Assembly (NCBI RefSeq): GCF_009914755.1
Contig: NC_060930.1
DNA: 64,000 nt
From: the human T2T-CHM13v2.0 reference genome, Homo sapiens
Strand: one strand, 5' to 3'
Shown here: positions 40,001 to 52,407 of the stretch, piece after piece
How positions within the stretch are numbered: the first letter of the stretch is position 1
How the letters are laid out: every line of letters starts with the position of its first letter
Program-made: the position numbers and the translations under genes
Notes under the pieces: generated by a model
The model's database searches: none
What the model was told of the DNA's origin: nothing
The model's input: the letters and a program-made list of their open reading frames with translations, nothing else

Positions 40001-41150
40001 TCTCCAAACCACAGAGCTCTCCCCAACAAAGCTCTCCACAACACAGAGCACTCCACAGACACAGAGCTCCCCACACCACAGAGCTCTCCACACCACAGAG
40101 CTCTCCACATACACAGAACTCACCACAGACACAGAGCTCTCCACACAACAGAGCTCTCCACAGTCACAGAGATCTCCACCACAGAGCTCTCCACATGCCC
40201 AGGGATCTCCACACCACAGAGCTCTCCACATCACAGAGCTCTCCACATACAGAGTCTAGCTCTCCACACCACAGAGCTCTTCACACCACAGAGTTCTTCA
40301 CATACACAGAACTCTCCACAACACAAAGCCCTCAACAGACAGCGCTCTCCACACCACAGAGCTCTCCACATACACAGAGCTCTCCACATACACAGAGCTC
40401 ACCACAGACACAGAGCTCACCACAGACACAGAGCTCTCCACATACACAGAGCTCACCACAGACACAGAGCTCACCACAGACACAGAGCTCACCACAGACA
40501 CAGAGCTCTCCACATACACAGAGCTCACCACAGACACAGAGCTCACCACAGACACAGAGCTCTCCACATACACAGAGCTCACCACAGACACAGAGCTCAC
40601 CACAGACACAGAGCTCTCCACATTCACAGAGCTCTCCACACCACAGAGCTCTCTACATACACAGAGCTCTCCACATCACAGAACTCTCCACATACAGAGA
40701 GCTCTCCACAAACACAGAGCTCGCCACACCACAGAGATCTCTAAACCACAGAGCTGTCCACATACAAAGAGCTCTTTACACCACAGAGATCTCCACACAG
40801 CAGAGGTCTCCACAAACACAGAGCTCTCCACACCACAGAGCTCTTGACACCACAGAGCTCAACACACCAAAGAGCTTTCCACAGACACAGAGCTCTCCAC
40901 AGACACAGAGCTCTCCACAGACACAGAGCTTCCAGACCACAGAGCTCTCCACAACACGGTTTTTCACACCACAGAACTCTTTATACCACAGAGCTCTCCA
41001 CAGACACAGAGCTCTCAAGGCCACAGAGCTGTCCACACCACAGAGCTCTCCACAGACACAGAGCTCTCCACATACACAACTTTCCACGCCACAGAGGTCT
41101 CCACATACAGAGCTCTCCACAGACACAGAGCTTTCCACACCACAGACACC
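37065..41150. repeat. ~4.1-kb degenerate minisatellite, ~16-19-bp unit cacagagctctccaca(c/ga/ta)
   Basis: Continuous repetition; near-perfect 18-bp core at ~40350-40620. Confidence 0.95.
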
Positions 41151-41239
41151 CATGTACTTACCCCTAGGTCTGACTCCCCTTAGCATAGACCCCCAACACT
41201 TAAATTTTCTGCACTCACACTGGCAGCTGTGACTTCAGC

Positions 41240-42925
41240 GGCACTGATGCCCTCTACACTGACCCCCTCATCAATGACATTTGCAGCACTGACCTTCCCA
41301 GCACTGACCCCTCTAGCACTGACCCCCTGCACTGACCCTTTTTGCACTGACCACTGCCTGCAATGAGCACCCCTCCCCTGATACCACAGCACTGACACCC
41401 ATACAACCGACCTCCCCAGCAGGTACATCTCCTGCACTGACCTCCACAGCACTGACACCCCCAGCACTGACTCCCCCAGCACTGACACCCTCGGCACTGA
41501 CACCCCCGGCACTGGCACCCCTGGCACTGACACCCCCGGCACTGACACCCCCAACACTGACACCCCAGCACTGACACCCCCAGCACTGCTCCCTCAGCAC
41601 TCATCCCCCCAGCACTGACATCCCCAGCACTGACCCCCCAGCACAGCTCCCTCAGCACTGATCCCCCCAGCACCGACGTCCAAGCACTGACTTCCCCAGC
41701 ACTGACCTCCCAGGTACTGACAACCCAGGTACTGAGCCCCCATCACTGACACTCCAGCACTGACCCCCCACCAGAATTGCTCCCTCAGCACTAATCCCCC
41801 CACCACTGATGCCCCCAGCACTGATGCCCCCAGGTATGGGTATGACACCCATACAACTAACACCCCAACACTGACACTGCCAGCACTAATGTCCCCAGCA
41901 CTAACAGCCCTGCACTGACACTCCCAGCACGAACACCCCAACACTGAGACCCCCAGCACTCATACCTCCAGCACTGACAGCCCTGCACTGACACTCCCAG
42001 CACTGACACCCTCAACACTGAGACCCCCAGCACTCATACCTCCAGCACTGACACCCTCAACACTGAGAACCCCAGCACTCATACCTCCAGCACTGACACC
42101 CCCACCACTGAGACCCCCAGCACTCATACCTCCAGCACTAACAGCCGGGCACTGACACTCCCAGCACTGACACCCCCACCACTGAGACCGCCAGCACTCA
42201 TACCTCCAGCACTGACAGCCCCAACACTGAGACCCCCAGCACTGAGACCCCCAACACTGAGACCCCCAGCACTGACACCCCTAACACTGAGACCCCCAGC
42301 ACTGACACCCCCAGCACTCATACCTCCAGCACTGACAGCCCCAACAGTGAGACCCCCAGCACTTATACCTCCAGCACTGACACCCCCAACACTGAGACCC
42401 CCAGCACTGACACCCCCAGCACTGACACCCCCAGCATTCATACTTCCAGCACTGACAGCCCCAACACTGAGACCCCCAGCACTGACACCCCCAACACTGA
42501 GACCCCCAGCACTCATACCTCCAGCACTGACACCCCCAACACTGAGACCCCCAACACTGAGACTCCCAGCACTCATACCTCCAGCACTGACAGCCCTGCA
42601 CTGACACTCCCAGCACTGATACCCCCAACACTGAGACCCCCAGCACTCATACCTCCAGCACTGACACCCCCAACACTGAGACCCCCAACACTGAGACCCC
42701 CAGCACTCATACCTCCAGCACTGACAGCCCTGCACTGACACTCCCAGCACTGACACCCCCAACACTGAGTCCCCCAGCACTCATACCTCCGGCACTGGCA
42801 TCCCCAACACTGAGACCCCCAGCACTAACACCCCAACACTGACGTCCCCAGCACTGACACCCCAACATTGACGTCCGCAGCACTGACACCCCTGGCACTG
42901 AGACCCCAGCAGTGACAGCCCCTGC
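41240..42925. repeat. ~1.7-kb minisatellite, 14-15-bp unit ccagcactgacaccc
   Basis: Continuous repetition with variants (actgagaccccc, actcatacctcc). Confidence 0.95.
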
Positions 42926-43076
42926 TGTCAATACATAACAGTAATTTGTTATTTATTTATTCTTGGTTAGAACTCACAGAATAGTACAGAGAACAACATA
43001 GAACCTCTAGGTACTCACCACCTAAATCCCAAACACAGTATTTTTCCACACTTCTTTATTTTCTGAAATACACAAG

Positions 43077-43551
43077 GCTGTTCACCCTGGCCTGGGGAGG
43101 GTTGTGGAGCCTGTGTTGTTGGAGCAAAGGTTGTTAACTATTCTGAGTGTTATCTCTTTTTTCTATCTATCACATATACATTGAAACGCTTCCATCCTTT
43201 TCCTCAAGCCAATGCCCCCACTCTCCGAGGAGACTCTGCTCTGAGTTCGGTGTGTGGAGTTGGGTGACGTTTGGAAAGACAGCATGCTACACATAATGTA
43301 AATGTAACTACTTATGTTTCCAGAAATAAACTTCAGTATTTTATGCCCTAGTTGAATCTTGAAATAATACAATTGAAGTTCAAGCTTGAAATGCTCTAAA
43401 AAGTTTGAAAAGCTAAGTTCAACTGTACAATTTGAAGACTTCTCCAGTGCTGAGGCTTAGCTGTTCACCCTGACCTGGGGAGGGTTGTGGAGCCTGTGTT
43501 GTTGGAGCAAACGTTGTTAACTATTCTGAGTGTTATCTCTTTTTTCTATCT
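43077..43551. repeat. 92-bp direct repeat (43077-43168 and 43460-43551)
   Basis: Two mismatches by hand alignment; 291-bp unique spacer. Confidence 0.9.
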
Positions 43552-45951
43552 CTGCTGGCCTGTGTTACTCTCCGGCTCTGCCTAGGGAAGCTGAGCTTAG
43601 GATGGGTTAAGGGAACAACTGGACGGAAAGCCCAGGTAGGAAGCAGCAGGAAGTTACTGAGCCCATGATGCAGGGCTCAGGGGAGTGGCCTCGGTGGGCA
43701 GGGCTTGGGGGAGCAGCCTCGTTGACACAGGGCTCAGGGGAGTGGCCTCGGTGGGCAGGCTGCACACCTGTACTTCTGGGGGCTGTTAGAGGCCGCTGGG
43801 CAGTTGCTGCAGCTGAACCAGACATGAGAGAGGCTTTCACTGGTCAAAGGCTTGGGAGGACACCGGGGTTTCCCCAGGCCTTGCACGTGCAGATCAGCTG
43901 GCGTGAGCCCTGTGGATAATGAGACTCTCTGATGCTGATCTTCCCGCGGGTGGAGCACCAGACACAGATTCTAGGCGTGGTTTCCCCCAGTTTGTGTTCA
44001 GCCAAGGAGAGGCCCTGGCCTCTGGGATCCCGGGAAAGCATATCCTGCAGGGAATTAATCCCAGGGTCTCAGGTCGCGTTATGATTCACTCGCTGGATAG
44101 TTAAACGACCCAGATTCAAAAGGGGCAGCTCAAACCTTTGCCCCCTGGGAACAAAAGCAGGAGATTAGCTCTGTGTTATCAATCAGCATTGTCAGGACAG
44201 AATGAAAAAGGCTAACTTTAAAGGCTTCACCTGTTGAGGCCTTAGTCAGAGCCTGGATGGGAATCAAAGGTCATTCCTGCCCAAGGTTTTGTCTCAAGTC
44301 CTCAAATGGGTAGCACTGAATTACCTTTAAAAATGGCCTCAAAGGACCGGAGATGAAGCATGGATTAGTGTCTTAATCTTAATAGCACGAGGCCTGTAGT
44401 TAGGGTCCAGGGAACTTGGGGGAAGAGGTGGCATTGTCCTGGGCCGTCCCTGGCATGCGGTGCTATTAGAGGTGGGCTGGGGTGAGGGTGGGCTTTGTGC
44501 CTCTGGACAGGACCCTTTCACCGGCTTTGGGGGCGTTCTCACAGAGCTTTGCCAGCTGACTTAGCGTTGGCCCTCTGACAATGGGATTTGTCAAGACCAG
44601 ATGAATGAAATCTTAGGCTCAGACGGGGAAAGGCAGGTATCCTGCTCTGATATTTATGTGAGGAGCAATGTTGGGCCAGCCTGAGCTGTGGGGCTGGAGA
44701 AGACCCCAAATGCCAAAATATGATCTGGTTTCTCTGCCACCCCTCATCCCCCTTTAGTGCCACCGGGGACAACCAAATCTGATCAGAGGCCGCCTGTTTC
44801 TGCCTGTGGGTCCTCTACCCAGCTGCAAGAGTGGTTTCTATACTGATGTGGACCCCAGCCTGCCTGCTGTGAAGCTGCCTTCAGCACAGAAGGGGAGGTT
44901 GGGGCTGGCCTCTGAGGAGTGACCTGGCCGAGCCCACTGTCCACCAAGGCCTCAATGCCTTCCCTGCCACGTAGGGTCCCCGTTTCTGCCTGGCGGCATG
45001 AGGCTGTGCCGGGCCTGTCATCGCAGATCGTGGGCAAGAGCTGCCTCAGGGTGGAAGAGACTGCACAGAGCTGTCCCTGAGTGGCCTCTGGCTAGGACAG
45101 GACCTGCAAGGGGAACAGCCTCACTTCCTTCTCCCTGACCATTCCGTCCATACTCAAAGCCGACTCCCTTCCTCCCTCTCCAACCCACTATGTGCTGTGG
45201 ATGGGCTGTGGCTTCACTGGGCACCCCCATCTGCTGCCTCTATTGTTCCCCATCCCCAGCCAAGTGGGTCTTGTTTTCCTTCACTGCAGGCAGAACTCGA
45301 GCCTGTGCTGTGCCCTGATGAGTGGCTCCCCTTCTTCCTGGGCCGTTCCATGGGTGTGCCTTTGCCACGCTCAACCTTCCCACCCCGACGCAACATTGAT
45401 CCCCAAGTCAGGGTGGGCTCGGGACCCCTCAACTTTCCCCTGTGCCCCTGTGCATTTCATGGGCAAATCAAACCTTTTCAAACTCTCGCCTCCACAGGTC
45501 CCCAGGGGTGGACACTCCAAGGTCCCCGTTGCTCCTGTCCTCTGCCAGCCGCCTCACCGCCTAAATCAGTGGCCCAGCCCAGGCCATTACCACAAGGCTA
45601 GCTGGCCTCGATGTCAGCACCTACCTTTCTGAGGGCGACTTTCTGAGGCTCCAGGCCCCAGCAGGTGGGATTTCTCTTTCCATCCGCACCCCGACGGCAT
45701 CGTGCTGGCTGTTCAGTGTGGCGGCCGCAGCTGGTGTCCAGCTACAGCCCACGGAGCCAGGGACAAACCTGGGTTTAGTCAGGATGCCGGTGGGGTTGCC
45801 TCGCCTCTGTGCGTGGAGAAGTTACTGCCAGTGTCCCGATGCGGGAATCCTTCCAGGAATGCTCTCACCTGTAAAAATGTAGAAGTTCAATAACAAAATA
45901 TGAAACTGCAGGAAATGGGTTTGAGATACCTATACGATAAAAACAGATTTA

Positions 45952-46344
<393 letters not shown>

Positions 46345-47404
46345 TCAAAGGTGTGAGAAAGTGTAGAAAAAGAGCTGGAGAAATGAGGCAGTGTCAGGCA
46401 GGTGACTGAAAACACTGATTTTGGATTCTGTGATGTCTGTGGCTTTGCCCGATTTTTCAAGTATGTAATTTGCTTCCATCTCCCTTCTCCTTTCGAATGT
46501 GCGTGGAGGGACTCCTTTTCTTGAATAACTCCCCCCCACCAACCAATCCCATTATAAAACCACCAGGCTTCGCAAGGCCTAGTTCTGCCCCCATCTTTAT
46601 CTCACTTTAGAAGACTTCCCCTGCTCTTGGCTTGAACAATGACGTCTTTTTCTGGGCTCACAAATCTATTTCTGGAATAAACTTCTCCCTGGTGATTTGT
46701 CCTTTATTTCCCACTTTCTAGGTTCTCATTCTAATAATTTAATAGGGTTATGTTGATGGTTAATGGTGACATTTGGCCACGGAGGAATACTGATATTTTA
46801 AACAGAGATTCAGCAACATTCATAGAATATTTTACCCAACAAATTTGGAAGCATCTTCACAAACATTAGCTTTGAGAAATGTTTTCTAAATTTGATTCTT
46901 AGCCAAGTGGTGGAAGGTAGAGGTAGCTTCGGGTGATCCTTAGAAAAAGGTATTTCTGGAGGCTGAGGACAGAAGGGCCTTATTCAAATGATTGTTCTGA
47001 TCTAAAGCCAGATACAAAAGCCAGTGTAGGAAAGAAAGGGAACTGCCAAGAATGTGTCTGATACTTTCAGACAATCTCTATGCATTTGGGGTCTGGAGAA
47101 AAGGAAAGAAAGACACCTTTACAAGAGTCAAACCTAAAAGGGGGACACTAATCCCACAGTTGCCAGCTCCCCCTGGCAGCACCTGTAGCCTCTTTAGTGT
47201 CTGGGACAACAGGCCGGCACTGGCCTTGGGTCGGCTGAGGATGGCTGAGAACAAAGGCTCCCACCTCTGCTTGGAGCCCTTGGTGGCTCGTGAAGCTCTT
47301 CACGTGGTGCCTGGTGACCAACCCTGGGACCCCAGGCAACTTCATGCCAACCACAGGCCACAGTGATACATGGAAGGACGCTCTAGCACCTTTAGGCCAC
47401 GCCA

Positions 47405-47911
47405 ATGGAAGGAGGGGTCCTCCCGCACCTGCAGACCACGCTGATGGATGAAGGGGTTCTCCCATACCTGCAGACCACCCTGATGGATGGAGGGGTCCTC
47501 CCGCACCTGCAGACCACCCTGATGGATGGAGGGGTTCTCCCGCACCTGCAGACCACCCTGATGGATGGAGGGGTCCTCCCGCACCTGCAGACCACACTGA
47601 TGGATGGAGGGGTTCTCCGGCACCTGCAGACCACGCTGATGCATGGAGGCGTTCTCCCGCACCTGCAGACCACGCTGATGGATGGAGGGGTTCTCCCGCA
47701 CCTGCAGACCACGCTGATGGATGGAGGGGTTCTCCTGCACCTGCAGACCATGCTGATGGATGGAGGGGTTCTCCCCCACCTGCAGACCACGCTGATGGAT
47801 GGAGAGGTTCTCCCGCACCTGCAGACCACCCTGATGGATGGAGGGGTCCTCCTCCACCTGCAGGCCATGCTGATGGATGGAGGGGTCCTCCTGCACCTGC
47901 AGGCCATGCTC
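47405..47911. repeat. VNTR, 39-bp unit x13 (atggatggaggggttctcccgcacctgcagaccacgctg)
   Basis: Direct reading; 13-aa periodicity MDGGVLPHLQTTL in ORF track. Confidence 0.97.
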
Positions 47912-47924
47912 TGTGTGTGTGTGT

Positions 47925-48101
47925 GTGTTTTAACTTTGTTGTTTTTGTAAATGGACAATGTGTAATTGTCTATATTTACGGAGTACAAAACAATGATACA
48001 ATTAATACAATGTGGAATAATTCAATGAAGCTAATTAGCACATCCCTCACCTCAAATACTTAACACTTTTTTGTGGTGAGAACATCTGAAGTTTATTCTC
48101 T
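47925..48101 (-). mobile_element. L1MA/MB 3' fragment, host of the L1PB insertion (resumes ~58151-58185)
   Basis: gctaattagcacatccctcacctcaaatactt...gtggtgagaacat then ctttgaaatgcacagta after the TSD. Confidence 0.65.
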
Positions 48102-51100
48102 TTCTCTTTTTTTCTTGATTTTTTAAAAAAGTTTTTATTTCAATAGGTTTCTGGGAAACAGGTGGTGTTTGGTTACATGGATAAGTTCTTTGGTGGTGAT
48201 TTCTGAGATTTCGATGCACCCATCACCCGAGCAGTGTACACTGTATCCAATGTGTAGTCTTTTATCCCTCATCCCCCTCCCACGCTTCCCCCCTTGTCCC
48301 CAAAGTCCATTGTATCATTCTTATACTTTTGCGTCTTCATAGCTTAGATCCCACTTATGAGTGAGAACATACGATGTTTGGTTTTCCATTCCTGAGTTAC
48401 ACTTAGAATAATGGTGTCCAGTTTCATCCAGGTTGCTGCAAATGCCGTTATTTCATTCCTTTTTATGGCTTAGTAGTATCCTATGGTATACATGTACCAC
48501 AGTTTCTTTATCCATAATGGGCATCTGGGCTGGTTGCATATTTTTGCAATTGTGAATTGTGCTGCTATAAACATGCATGTGCAAGTATCTTTTTGGTATA
48601 ATGACTTCTTTTCCTCTGGGTAGATAACCAGTAATGGGATTGCTGGATCAAATGGTAGATCTACTTTTAGTTCTTTAAGGAATCTCTACACTGTTTTCCA
48701 TAGTGGTTGTACTTGTTTACATTCCCACCAACAGTTTAAAAGTGTTCCCTTTACACGACATCCATGCCAACCTCTTCTTCTCTATTTTTTTTTATTTTTT
48801 TGATTTTTTGATTATGGCCACTCTTGCAGGAGTAAGGTGGTATGGCATTGTGGTTTTGATTTGCGTTTCCCTGATAATTAGTGACATTGAGCATTTTTTC
48901 ATGTTTGTTGGCCATTTGTATATCCTCTTTTGAGAATTGTACGTTCATGCTCTTAGCCTACTTTTTGATGGGATTTAATTTTTTTCTTGCTGATTTGTTT
49001 GAGTTCCCTGTAGATTCTAGATATTAGTCCTTTGTCAGATGTATAGTTTGTGAATATTTTCTCCCACTCTGTGGGTTGTCTGTTTACTCTGCTGATTAAA
49101 AAGCTTCTGCAGAAGGTTTTTAGTTTAATTAAGTCCCATCTATTTATCCTTATTTTTGTTGCATTTGCTTTTGGGTTCTTGGTCATGAAGTCTTTGCCTA
49201 AGCCAACGTCTAGAAGGGGTTTTCCGATGTTATCTTCTAACATTTTTACGGTTTCAGTCTTAGATTTAAGTCTTTGATCCATTTTGAGTTTGTTTTCATA
49301 TAAGGTGAGAAATGAGGATCCAGCTTCATTCTTCTATATAAGGCTTGCCAATTATCTCAGCACCATTTCTTGAATAGGGTATCCTTTCCCCACTTTGTGT
49401 TTTTGTTTGTTTTGTCAAAGATCACTTGACTGTAAGTATTTGGCTTTATTTCTGGGTTCTCTATTCTGCTCCTTTGGTCTAAGTGCCTCTTTATACCAGT
49501 ACCATACTGTTTCGGTGACTATAGCTTTACAATATAGTTTGAAGTCAAGTAATGTAATGCATTCAGATTTGTTTTGTTTGTTTGTTTGTTTGTTTTTGCT
49601 TAGTCTTTCTTTGGCTATGCTGGATCTTTTTTGGCTCCATATGAATTTCAGGATTGTTTTTTCTAGTTCTATGAAGAATGATGGCGGTATTTTGATAGGA
49701 ATTGCATGAATTTGTAGATTGCTTTTAGCAGTTTGGTCATTTTCACAATACTGATTATACTCATCCATGAGTATGGGATGTGATTCCATTTATTTGTGTC
49801 ACGTATAATTTCTTTCAGCAATGTTTTGTAGTTTTCCCTGTAGAGGTCTTTCACCTCCTTGATTATGAATATTCCTAAGTATTTTATTTTATTTTATTTT
49901 GCAGCTATTGTAAAAGGGACTGAGTTCTTGATTTGAATCTCAACTTAGTTGCTGTTGGTGTAGAGCAGTGCTACTGATTTGTGTACATTAATTTTGTATT
50001 CTGAAACACTACTGAATTCATTTATTAGTTCTAGAAGCTGTTTGGATGAGTCTTTAGGTTTTTCTAGGTATATGATTATATCATTGATGAACAGTGACAG
50101 TTTGACTTCCTCTTTACCAATTTGGATGCACTTTATTTCTTTCTCTTCTCTGATTGCTCTGGCTAGGACTTCCAGTACTATGTTGAATAAAAGTGGTGAA
50201 AGTGGGCATGCTTGTTTTTCCCAGTTCTTGGGGGAATGCTTTCAACTTTTCCCCATTCAGTATAATACTGGCTGTGGGTTTGTCATAGATGGCTTTTATT
50301 TCTTTAAGGTAGGCCTTTTCTATGCTGACTTTGCTGAGGGTTTTAATCATAAAGCGATGCTGGATTTTGTCAAATGCTTTTTCTGCATCTATTGAAATGA
50401 TCACGTGATTTTCTTTTTAATTCTGTTTATGTGATGTATCACATTTATTGACTTGCGGGTGTTAAACCATCCCTGCATCCCTGTATGAAACCAACTTAAT
50501 CATGGTGGATTATCTTTTTGATATGCTGTTGGATTTAGTTAGCTAATATTGTGTTGAAGAGTTTTGCATCTGTGTTCATCAGGGATATTGGTGGGTGTTT
50601 TTGTTGTTGTTGTTATGTCCTTTCCTGGTTTTGGTATTAGGGTGCTACTGGCTTCATAGGATGATTTAAGAAGGATTTCCTCTTCTCTACATTTTGAAAC
50701 AGTGTCAATAGGATATGTACCAATTCTTCTTTGAATATCTGATAGAATTCAGCTGTGAATCCATCTGGTCCTAAACTTTTTTTGGTCGGCAATTTTTAAA
50801 TTATCATTTCAATCTTGTTGCTTTTGGTCAGAGTTCAGAGTTTCTATTTCTTCCCAGTTTAATCTAGGAGAGTTGTATATTTCCAGAAATTTATCCATCT
50901 CCTCTAGGTTTTCTAGTTTGTGTGCATAAAGGTGTTCATAGTAGCCTTGAATGATCTTTTGTATTTCTGTGGTATCAGTTGTAATATCTGCTGTTTCATT
51001 TCTCATTGAGTTCATTTGGATCTTTTCTCTTTTATTGGTTAATCTCATTAGTGACCTATCAATTTTATCTTTTCAAAGAACCAGCTTTTTGTTTCACTTG

Positions 51101-52407
51101 TATTTTGTATTTTTTTGTTTCAATTTCCTTTAGTTTTGCTCTGATTTTTGTTATGTTTTTTCTTCTGCTGGGTTTGGGTTCATTTGTTCTTTTATTTCTA
51201 GTTTCTTGAGGTGTGACCTTAGATTGTCTATTTGTGCTTTTACCAACTTTTTGATGTAGGCATTTAATTCTATGAACTTTCCTCTTAGGACCACTTTTGC
51301 TGTATCTCAGAGGTTTTGACAGGTTGTATAACTATTATCATTTGGTTCAAATAATTTTTAAATTTCCATCTTGATTTCATTGTTGACCCAATGATCATTC
51401 AGGAGCAGGTTGTTTAATTTCCTTGTATTTGGACTGCTTTGAGGGTTTACTTTGGAGTTGATTTCTGATTTTATTCCACTGTGGTCTGAGGGTGTACTTG
51501 ATATAATTTCAATTTCCTTAAATTTATTGAGATTTGTTTTGTAGTCTATCATATGGTCTATCATGGAGAATGTTCCATGTGCTGATGAGTAGCGTGTATA
51601 TTCTGCAGTTGCTGGGCAGGATGTTCTGTAAATATCTGTTAATCCATTTGTTGTAGGGTATAGTTTAAGTCCATTGTTTCTTTGTTGACTTTCTGTCTTG
51701 ATGACCTGTCTATTGCTGTCAGTAGAGTATTGAAGTCCGCCATTATTATTGAGTTGCCATCTATCTCATTTCTTAGGACTAGTAGTAATTGTTTTGTAAA
51801 TTTGGGAGCTCTAGTGGTAGGTGCATATATATTTAGGATTGTGATGTTTTCCTGTTGGACTAGTCCTTTTATCAGTATACAATATTCCTCTGTCTTTTTA
51901 AACTGTTGTTGCTTTAAAGTCCATTTTGTCTGATATAAGAATAGCTGCTGCTGCTTGCTCTGGTGTCCTTTTGCATGGAATGTCTTTTTCCACCCATTTA
52001 CCTTAAGTTTATGTGAGTGCTTACGTGTTAGGTGAGTCTCTCGAAGACAGCAGATACTTGATTGGTGAATTCTTATCCATTCTGCCATTCTGTATCTTTT
52101 AAGTGGAGCATTTAGGCCATTTGCATTCAACGTTAGTATCGAGATTTGAGGTACTAGTCTATTCGTTGTGCTAGTTGTTGCCTGAATACCTTACTTATGT
52201 TTTTCATTGTGTTATTGTTTTAAATGTCCTGTGAAATTTATGCTTTAAGGAGGTTCTAGTTTGGTGTACTTTTAGGATTTGTTTCAAGATTTAGAGCTCC
52301 TTTTAGCAGTGCTTGTAGTGCTGGCTTGGTAGTGGTGAATTCTCTCAGCATTTGTTTGTTTGAAAAAGACTTTCTCTTTGCTTCATTTATGAAGCTTAGT
52401 TTTGCTG

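Noticed and set aside
39683-41232. 353-aa and 345-aa mucin-like or His-rich ORFs (TQSSPQ, HRAHHR)
   Set aside because: Translations of a C/A-rich repeat that rarely makes stops; several frames open, no signal peptide or unique domain
41180-42931. Keratin-associated-like CQCWG and GVSAG ORFs on the - strand
   Set aside because: Products of a 15-bp repeat, open in multiple frames with frequent frameshifts
43671-43760. 28-29-bp degenerate triplication (cagggctcaggggagtggcctcggtggg)
   Set aside because: Real but small, with no evidence of function
47342-47988. 181-198-aa repeat proteins on both strands
   Set aside because: The 39-bp unit is a multiple of 3; simultaneous ORFs in three frames indicate an artefact
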